A stretch of 64,000 nt of DNA from Pseudomonadota bacterium (GTDB lineage: Bacteria > Bdellovibrionota_B > Oligoflexia > Oligoflexales > CAIYRB01): assembly GCA_031416315.1 (NCBI GenBank), contig JANOTL010000109.1, positions 32,001-96,000 of the forward strand, given 5' to 3'. Position 1 is the stretch's first letter. Each line of letters begins with the position of its first letter. The position numbers and the translations under genes are program-made. Below are positions 57,658-64,000 of the stretch, piece after piece. The notes beneath the pieces were generated by a model. The model searched no databases, was not told the DNA's origin, and worked only from the letters and a program-made list of their open reading frames with translations.

Positions 57658-58617
57658 TCAGTTCCCCGCCATCGAGTCCCCCGACCCACCGTCCTCGCCA
57701 CGCTCCTTGATTTTCAGCGCCGCCTCGAACGCCCGGTAGATGAACGTCTCGTACCGCGCAAAGTTGTCGACGCTCTTGACCGTCGGCTCGGCGGCGATGT
57801 CGTTGAAATCCCTTCGGTACGGGCGAACATAGCGCTCGAACGACTCTAGCTCCAGGCAATACGCCAGGGAGCCCTGGCTCCAGAAAGCCCAGTCCTCAAA
57901 AGCACCGCCGTCGCCGAGCGCGCCGGCCGTCTTCAGGTGGTAGCCGCGCAGGAGCTTCATCTCTTCTTTAAGGGCGCCGTACCACAGCGCGTGCTCGGCG
58001 GCGCGCTCCGCGTCGACCTTGATCCCGCGTGCCTGAAGCTCCTTCGGCTCGGTCGGGGCGACGACCCAGTTCACGTAGCCGTGGACGTCGACCGCCGCCG
58101 CATACTTGCGCTTGGCGAAGAGGGCGCGGATAGCGCGCGTCTCCGGCTCGCTGAAGCTCGCGGTGCCCGGGTTCTCGCGGGTGACGCCCCAGAGGACGTC
58201 GAAGTTCCGGTTCAAGTTGACGCCGCGGGAGTTGGAGCGCGAGCGCGCGTTGGAGCCGTCGGGGTTGGCGAAAGGCAAGAAGTCGACCGCGACCTTGTCG
58301 CGCGGCAGCTTGTTCAGCAGGCTGTCGCCGTGCGCGTAGCGCCGCGCGAGCCAGGCGACGAAGGCCGAGGCCGTCTCTTCGTTGCCGTGGATGCCGCCTT
58401 GCACGAGGAAGCGGAACTTCGGGTCGATCTTGCGGCCGGCGTCGTCTTTCGCCTCGAACGACACGACGCGGATCTCCTCGCCGCCGTTCGTCTTCAGCTC
58501 GGGGACGCCGACGAGGTCGGCTAGGCGCCGCATCTGCGGGAGGTCGACGGCGGGCGCGCTGGCGACCGCAGCCGAAGCCGACAAGAGCGCTAGAGTCAGT
58601 TTCAACAGGTGCCGCAT
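57658..58617 (-). CDS. M14 zinc carboxypeptidase-family protein, exported
   Basis: GIHGNE, NPDG, RSNSRGVNLNRNF, SEPET, DVHG. Confidence 0.88.
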   Translation of the reverse strand: MRHLLKLTLALLSASAAVASAPAVDLPQMRRLADLVGVPELKTNGGEEIRVVSFEAKDDAGRKIDPKFRFLVQGGIHGNEETASAFVAWLARRYAHGDSLLNKLPRDKVAVDFLPFANPDGSNARSRSNSRGVNLNRNFDVLWGVTRENPGTASFSEPETRAIRALFAKRKYAAAVDVHGYVNWVVAPTEPKELQARGIKVDAERAAEHALWYGALKEEMKLLRGYHLKTAGALGDGGAFEDWAFWSQGSLAYCLELESFERYVRPYRRDFNDIAAEPTVKSVDNFARYETFIYRAFEAALKIKERGEDGGSGDSMAGN

Positions 58618-58651
58618 CAACAAAGAACCTCCGCTTCGACAGGGAGGGAAT

Positions 58652-58667
58652 TGCAAGGACGGCGCCA
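58652..58667 (-). promoter_or_regulatory. Putative sigma54 promoter
   Basis: Minus strand TGGCGCCGTCCTTGCA, about 35 nt upstream of ATG 58617, with RBS GGAGGT in between. Confidence 0.65.
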
Positions 58668-58747
58668 GTCTTAACCAGCGATTTACATTGGGGGATCGCG
58701 AAGGGCTTTTGTCAAAGGCCTAGGCAATGTCCCGTATTTTGGGCCCA

Positions 58748-58940
58748 GAAAAGGGAAACCGGCTTCCCCGAACAGTTTTTTTGAAAGGAGGGGTCGCCGG
58801 TCCGCTTGAAGGCGCATCGCTTCAGTTAAGAAGCGACCACCTCCATGCTACTGGGGCAATTAGAAGTCATACCCAAGAGCACCACCTCCTTTCCTGAGCC
58901 TCTAGCTCATAGCCCATCTTTCGCGACTGGGCTTGGCCTC
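58748..58940 (-). ncRNA. Candidate structured small RNA or small-peptide mRNA
   Basis: Extended -10 TG-A-TATGCT, several hairpins, long-range GAAAGGAGG/CCTCCTTTC pairing and a terminator-like GGGAAGCCGGTTTCCC-TTTT. Confidence 0.4.
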
Positions 58941-59083
58941 AGCATATCAGAATGCAACGTCGCCTGCGCAACGTTTTGCGGCTTCGACCAAAACTGGGCG
59001 GGTTGCCGCGCCATGCCGACAGCCGCTACTCTAAAAGTATCCCCATCCCGTCTCATTCCCATGATCGTCGCCGGAGGAAGTCC

Positions 59084-59530
59084 GTGAGCCAAAACGCCGC
59101 GCAGGACGTCGAGCTGCGTTGCCGCAAAGTGATTGCGGAATCGCTTTGCGTCGAGCTCGAGGACGTCAGCCTCCAAAGCAACCTGATCAAGGATCTGGGC
59201 GCGGAATCCATCGATTTCTTGGACATCATGTTTCGGCTGGAAAAAGAGTTCGAGATCAAGATCCCGCAGCGGGAGATCGAACGCCAAGCTCGCGGCAACA
59301 TGCAACCCGAGGAGTTTGAAGAAGGTGGAATCCTCAAGCCCAAAGGCGTCGAAAGACTCCGGGAGCTCATCCCGGAAATTGATCCTGCTGCCTGGCGCGA
59401 CGGAATGGCGCTACGCGAGCTCCCGTCGCTTTTTACCGTGGCGGTATTTTGCGGCATCGTTCAGAGGAAGCTTGCTGGTTCCCTGTTTTCAGGTTCAGCC
59501 GAGACACCTACGGGTGAAAAGGCTTCCTAA
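59084..59530 (+). CDS. Acyl carrier protein, long variant
   Basis: RBS GGAGGA; DLGAESIDFLDIMFRLEKEF (phosphopantetheine Ser); long insert before FTV. Confidence 0.88.
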   Translation: MSQNAAQDVELRCRKVIAESLCVELEDVSLQSNLIKDLGAESIDFLDIMFRLEKEFEIKIPQREIERQARGNMQPEEFEEGGILKPKGVERLRELIPEIDPAAWRDGMALRELPSLFTVAVFCGIVQRKLAGSLFSGSAETPTGEKAS

Positions 59531-59541
59531 AAGGCTCGCGC

Positions 59542-60492
59542 ATGGCGTTCCACTTCGTCGACCGGATCTATGACTACGAGCCCATGCGGAGGATCCGCGG
59601 GCTCAAGAACGTCACGCGCAACGAGAGCCTCTTCTACTGGCTCCCGGACGGCCGCCGCGTCCTGAGCCCCGCCGTGATCACCGAGGCGCTGTGCCAGCTC
59701 GGCGGCTGGCTGAAGATCGTGAGCACCGATTTCACCCGCCGCCCCGTGCTGCTGGCGGACGAGAAAACTGACTACCTCGGCATGGTCGAGGCCGGCTCGC
59801 AGATCGACCTCGAGGTCGAGGTGATGGACTTCGGCGACGACGTCGTCGTCACCAAGGGCACAGCGAGCGTGATGGGAAAACCCGTCTTGGTCGGGCACTG
59901 CTGCCGCGGCTACATGCTGCCGCTCGCCGACTTCGACGACCCGGAGCGCGTGCGCATCCAGTTCAACAACCTCTACCGCCCGCAGTTCAAAGATGTGGGT
60001 CGCGTGCAGCAGCCGGGCAACATGAAAGCCTTGGCCGGGGCGCAGACCTTCGACGCCCTGCGCTTCATCGACGGGCTCATCGAGCACGTTCCGGGCAAGA
60101 AAGTCCTGGGGTTCAAGAACTTCGCCGCCTGCGAGCCGTATTTCCAGACGCACTTTCCGCGCAAGCCGTGCGTACCGGGCGTGATGCTCCTCACGTTCAT
60201 GGGCGAGGTTTGCCAATACCTCGTCAAAGAGAGCAAGGACGCGCCGCTGCGCGACAAAGCTCTGGTGCCGACCTTTATCCAGAACGTCCGCTTCCGCAAG
60301 TTCGTGGAGCCGGGCGATCAGTGCGTGCTCGAGGCGAAAGTCATCTCTGGCGACTGCACGCAGGATGGTCAAGACGTCCTTGTGCGGGCCGTCATCACCG
60401 CGAACGATACCCGCGTCATGCAGGCCGAGATGGGCTTCCGTACCATGTTCGCCTCGGCTCAGCGCCGTCCTTCGGTCCCGAAGGCCAGCTAA
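59542..60492 (+). CDS. Tandem (double hot-dog) FabZ/FabA-like 3-hydroxyacyl-ACP dehydratase
   Basis: Domain 1 FHFVDRI...KNVT.NE; domain 2 RFIDG...KNF.ACEPYFQTHFP.KPCVPGV...NVRFRKFVEPGD. Confidence 0.88.
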   Translation: MAFHFVDRIYDYEPMRRIRGLKNVTRNESLFYWLPDGRRVLSPAVITEALCQLGGWLKIVSTDFTRRPVLLADEKTDYLGMVEAGSQIDLEVEVMDFGDDVVVTKGTASVMGKPVLVGHCCRGYMLPLADFDDPERVRIQFNNLYRPQFKDVGRVQQPGNMKALAGAQTFDALRFIDGLIEHVPGKKVLGFKNFAACEPYFQTHFPRKPCVPGVMLLTFMGEVCQYLVKESKDAPLRDKALVPTFIQNVRFRKFVEPGDQCVLEAKVISGDCTQDGQDVLVRAVITANDTRVMQAEMGFRTMFASAQRRPSVPKAS

Positions 60493-60543
60493 TTTTCCGC
60501 CCTCCACTCTCGACTCACCACTCACCACTCGGTCCCCCACCGC

Positions 60544-61818
60544 ATGCGTCGCGTCGTCATCACCGGCATCGGCATCGTATCCCCGCTCGGCAACACCCGG
60601 GACGAGACCTGGCGTCGCGTCCTGAACGGCGAGAGCGGCGCCCGGCACATCACGCAGTTCAAGGCCGAGACCTGGCCGACGACCTTTGCTTGCGAGGTCG
60701 ACAATTTCGTCCTCGACACGGACGCGGTCCTGCCAGGGCACGGGAAGTACCTGAACCGCCCTTCCGAGTTCGGCATGCAAGCCGCGTTCGAGGCGATGCA
60801 GGAAAGCGGCGTGATGGGCACCGTCACTCCGGAGCGCTTCGGCATCGCCATCGGCGCCGGCATCGGCGCGATCTCGCCGCACTCGCTCGCCAACATGCTT
60901 TCCGGCATGGAGGTCACCGACGGCCTCCCGGATCTAAGCTCCACCGTCGAGAACGCCAAGACCGAGAATCACATCGTCCTGAAGAATCACCCCGGCACGC
61001 TCGCGGCGATCCTTTCGGCGCGCTGGCGGGCTTTCGGTCCTTTGACCACGATTCATACGGCCTGCGCCTCGAGCGGACAGTCGCTCGGCCAGGCGTTTCT
61101 GCAGATCCGGCGCGGCGAGGCCGACGTGATGCTCGCGGGCGGCGCCGACTCGCTCGCGGGTGAGCTCCTCCTCGCCGGCTTTTGCTTGCTCGGCGCGCTG
61201 TCGACCAGAAACGACGACCCGAAGGCGGGCTCGCGGCCCTTCGACAAAGATCGCGACGGCTTCGTCGCCAGCGAAGGCGCGGCGATGCTGATCCTCGAGG
61301 AAAGAGACCGCGCCGTCGCGCGCGGCGCCAAGATTTACGCCGAGTTCGCGGGCTACGCCGAAACTGAGAGCGCCTACCGCATCACCGACCTGCCCGAGGA
61401 CGGTCGCGGCATCGTCGAGGCGATGGAGCTCGCGGTGAAGGACTCGGGCCTGAGCCACGGCGACATTCGCTACGTCAACGCGCACGGCACCTCGACCCAG
61501 CTGAACGACCGCGTCGAGGCCTTGGCCGTGCGCCGCGTCTTCGGCGCGAAGGGCTTCAAGCCGATGATCAGCTCGACGAAGTCCGAGGTCGGCCACCTGA
61601 TCTCGGCGGCCGGCGCGATGGAAGCGGCCTTCGCGACCTTGGCGGTGGCGCACGGCAAAGTGCCGCCGACGCGCAACCTCCACCACACCGACTGCGGCGA
61701 CGACCTCGACTTCGTCGCCCATGAGATGCGCGTGGCCGACGTTCCGGCCGCGATCTCCAACTCGATCGGCTTCGGTGGCTCCAATTCCGTCGTCGTCGTC
61801 AAGCGGCACGTCACATGA
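60544..61818 (+). CDS. Beta-ketoacyl-ACP synthase (FabF-like, catalytic)
   Basis: RRVVITGIG, TACASS (Cys), SRPFDKDRDGFV.SEG, NAHGTST (His), KSEVGHL (His), NSIGFGG. Confidence 0.93.
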   Translation: MRRVVITGIGIVSPLGNTRDETWRRVLNGESGARHITQFKAETWPTTFACEVDNFVLDTDAVLPGHGKYLNRPSEFGMQAAFEAMQESGVMGTVTPERFGIAIGAGIGAISPHSLANMLSGMEVTDGLPDLSSTVENAKTENHIVLKNHPGTLAAILSARWRAFGPLTTIHTACASSGQSLGQAFLQIRRGEADVMLAGGADSLAGELLLAGFCLLGALSTRNDDPKAGSRPFDKDRDGFVASEGAAMLILEERDRAVARGAKIYAEFAGYAETESAYRITDLPEDGRGIVEAMELAVKDSGLSHGDIRYVNAHGTSTQLNDRVEALAVRRVFGAKGFKPMISSTKSEVGHLISAAGAMEAAFATLAVAHGKVPPTRNLHHTDCGDDLDFVAHEMRVADVPAAISNSIGFGGSNSVVVVKRHVT

Positions 61819-63125
61819 GCAAAAAGCCGCGCAAAGTCGTGATCACCGGCGTAGGCCTCGGGACGCCGGCGGGCTACGGGCTCGCCGAGAATCTCGAAGC
61901 TTGCCGCGTGGGCAAGCACCAGTTCACCGAGATCACGGCGTTCAACACCAAGGGTTCCTCGGTCAAATACGCCGGCCAGTGCCCGGATCCGGACGTGAAG
62001 CGCCTGCCCGACCGCAAAGTGCAGAAGATTCTGCGGAGGAAGGACGTGATCAGCCTCCTGGCGACGCTCGACGCGGCGAAGGACGCGGGGATCGAGAAGG
62101 GCAAGATCGATCCCGAGCGCTTCGGCATGTACTGCGGCGCGCCGGCGACGCAGATCGGGGATCTGACGCCCTACTTCACGCTCGTGGCGCAATGCGCCGA
62201 CCTAGAGACCGGGACTTTCGACACCAAGCTCTTCGGCCAGAAGCTGATGGATCTGGTGAACCCGCTCGTCGTGCTGCAGACCCTGATGAACAACGGCCTC
62301 TGCTTCGGCGCGATGACGCTCGACATCCGCGGCGTCAACTCGAACTTCATGGATTTCCAGGTCGCCGGCCTGCGCGCAGTCGGCGAAGGCTTCCGCAGTA
62401 TCGCGCACGATCGCGCCGACATCGTCATCGCGGGCGGCATCTCGGGGCCGATCGAGCCGTTCCAGCTGGCGCAAGGCGTTCAGAACGGCTACCTCGCGAC
62501 GACGAAGAACGTCGAGGCTAGCGACGAGGGGCTCGGGAAGCTCGTGCGGCCCTGGGACAAGTCCCGTCTGGGCTCGATCCTCTCCGAAGGCTCGGCCTAC
62601 GTCGTGCTGGAGGAAGAAGGGCACGCGCTCAGGCGCGGCGCCAAGATCATGGGGCGCGTCGAGGGCTTTTTCCTGGCCAGCGACGGCATCTTCGACTTCA
62701 TGGCAGAGACCGACTCGCCCGGCCTGTCGCGGGCGATCCAAGGCGCGCTCGACGAGTGCGGCCTGAAAAAAGAAGACCTCGGCATGCTGATGGGCCATGG
62801 CAATGGCTCGCGCCACGCGGACATGGCCGAGGCGAAGGCGTACGCGGACTACCTCGGTGCTTTCGGCGCGAAGCTGCCTCTGAGCTCGTCGAAGGCGGTG
62901 GTCGGCGATCTATGCGAGGCGGGGGCGGTGTACGGGATGATCCTGGCGCTCGATGCGATCCAGCGCGGCGAGGTCCCGCCGACCTTCAATTTCACGGCGG
63001 GCGAAGGCCCGGCGGCGCGGCTTTCGATCAAGGCGGAGCCGCAGAAGATCCTGGCGCCGCGCGCCGCGATCACGGCCCGCAACTTCCTGGGGCTTTGCGC
63101 CTCGGTCATCGTCACTGCGGCATAA
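61815..63125 (+). CDS. Non-catalytic ketosynthase-like subunit (chain-length-factor type)
   Basis: KS fold (VVITGVG, RPWD, SEG, HGNGS) but the active-site Cys position reads DFQVAG (Gln) and the second His reads VGDL. Confidence 0.82.
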   Translation: MSKKPRKVVITGVGLGTPAGYGLAENLEACRVGKHQFTEITAFNTKGSSVKYAGQCPDPDVKRLPDRKVQKILRRKDVISLLATLDAAKDAGIEKGKIDPERFGMYCGAPATQIGDLTPYFTLVAQCADLETGTFDTKLFGQKLMDLVNPLVVLQTLMNNGLCFGAMTLDIRGVNSNFMDFQVAGLRAVGEGFRSIAHDRADIVIAGGISGPIEPFQLAQGVQNGYLATTKNVEASDEGLGKLVRPWDKSRLGSILSEGSAYVVLEEEGHALRRGAKIMGRVEGFFLASDGIFDFMAETDSPGLSRAIQGALDECGLKKEDLGMLMGHGNGSRHADMAEAKAYADYLGAFGAKLPLSSSKAVVGDLCEAGAVYGMILALDAIQRGEVPPTFNFTAGEGPAARLSIKAEPQKILAPRAAITARNFLGLCASVIVTAA

Positions 63126-63134
63126 GAGGCTTGG

Positions 63135-64000
63135 ATGCGCGTTCTGCTCACCGGTGCGACAGGCTTCGTGGGCGCAGAGCTCGCCCGCGAGCTCCTATTC
63201 GCCCGGGGGCTGACGCGCCTCACGCTGGTCATCCGCCCGCTGGCGGGTGAGACCGGGCGGCAGCGCTTCGAGCGGCTCGTGGCGCAGTGGCGAAAGTTCG
63301 TGGAGACGCCGGATGCCACGGCCCTGGCGAAGGTCGACGTCGTCGAGGCCGATCTGGCCTTGCCGGGCGTGCTGCCGGTGGTCGACGGTCCTTACGACTA
63401 CATGATCCATTCGGCCGCGACGACCGAGCTCGGGGTGCCCTTGGCCGAAGGCCGGCGCACCAACGTCGTGGCGACGCAAAGGGCGCTGCAGATGGCGCGG
63501 CGCGCGCGCGTCGGACGCTTCGTGCATTATTCGACGGCCTATGTTTGCGGCCGACGACGGGCTTTGATCGGCGTGCAGGACGCGGCGCCAGGCGCTTACC
63601 ATAACCATTACGAACGCACGAAACGCGAATCCGAGGATGCGGTGCGGAGCGGCGGCGTGCCGTATACCATCCTGAGGCCAAGCATCATCGTCGGGCGCGG
63701 CGACGACGGCTATGTGTCCCGGACCAAGGTCTTGTACTCGGTGTGGCGGATGTGGCTCTCGGGCTTCATCCCGCGCGCGCCGATCGATCCCAAGGCGTGG
63801 GTGGATCTCGTGCCGGTGGATTTTGTCGTCGACGCGACGCTCGGGCTCATGCAGCTTCCCGAGACTTTGGGCGGCACGTATCACCTTTGCGCGGGCGAGC
63901 ACCGCCAGAGTCCGAAGACGATCATGCTGACCGCGACGAGGGCGTTCGCGGTGCCGGTGCCTCCCCTCTCGCCGCCGTGGATCGCGTACGTCTTGCGGCG
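63135..64000 (+). CDS. Thioester/fatty acyl reductase-like extended SDR (NAD_binding_4); runs off the window
   Basis: Not in the ORF track. Manual translation gives MRVLLTGATGFVG, IHSAA, STAYVCG, YERTK, LRPSIIVG, DLVPVDFV. Confidence 0.85.
   Translation, partial: MRVLLTGATGFVGAELARELLFARGLTRLTLVIRPLAGETGRQRFERLVAQWRKFVETPDATALAKVDVVEADLALPGVLPVVDGPYDYMIHSAATTELGVPLAEGRRTNVVATQRALQMARRARVGRFVHYSTAYVCGRRRALIGVQDAAPGAYHNHYERTKRESEDAVRSGGVPYTILRPSIIVGRGDDGYVSRTKVLYSVWRMWLSGFIPRAPIDPKAWVDLVPVDFVVDATLGLMQLPETLGGTYHLCAGEHRQSPKTIMLTATRAFAVPVPPLSPPWIAYVLR

Noticed and set aside
58895..58945. Resemblance to a c-di-GMP-I riboswitch (GG..AA.CCC...GAAA...GGG)
   Set aside because: Lacks the GCAAAC and ACGCAAAG conserved elements; kept only as a generic structured RNA pending an Rfam search.
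60544..63125. Calling the KS genes housekeeping fabF/fabB
   Set aside because: The context (CLF-like partner, fused dehydratase, reductase, atypical ACP, no fabD/G/H nearby) points to a specialised pathway.

Overview
High-GC (roughly two-thirds G+C by eye) bacterial chromosomal window with about 55 supportable genes. I found no rRNA, tRNA, CRISPR array or intact transposase. The many Cys-rich lipoproteins, the lipobox-ITNG trypsin, the sigma54 promoters and the ECF/kinase pair suggest an Oligoflexia/Bdellovibrionota- or Myxococcota-like organism; this is inference only. Main blocks in order: (1) alginate-type synthase locus (alg44 truncated by the window edge, alg8, alginate-lyase-family lipoprotein, beta-helix protein, short OPX/Wza); (2) trypsin, tpx, TM2, galE; (3) xanthine-dehydrogenase-family operon with XdhC and a MocA-like gene; (4) PQQ dehydrogenase-diheme fusion followed by a REP-flanked GIY-YIG remnant; (5) mtnC, ftsY and a TrpF/exported-protein in-frame fusion; (6) papain-like protease, an unannotated 27-aa peptide unit, ECF sigma + Ser/Thr kinase, HU; (7) MauG-like diheme enzyme + lysyl-oxidase-like operon behind a sigma54-like site; (8) histidine kinases, Dpp-type ABC genes, pepP, speE; (9) LtaS-like gene + GT2/GT-C fusion; (10) a structured intergenic RNA candidate and a type II PKS/FAS-like cluster (ACP, double hot-dog dehydratase, KS, CLF-like KS, terminal reductase) running off the window end. 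The best candidates for undescribed systems are the MauG-like/lysyl oxidase pair, the reductase-containing type II PKS-like cluster, the alginate synthase paired with a short OPX, and the TrpF fusion whose last helix reads as a signal peptide. All calls come from motif recognition by eye; no database searches were run.
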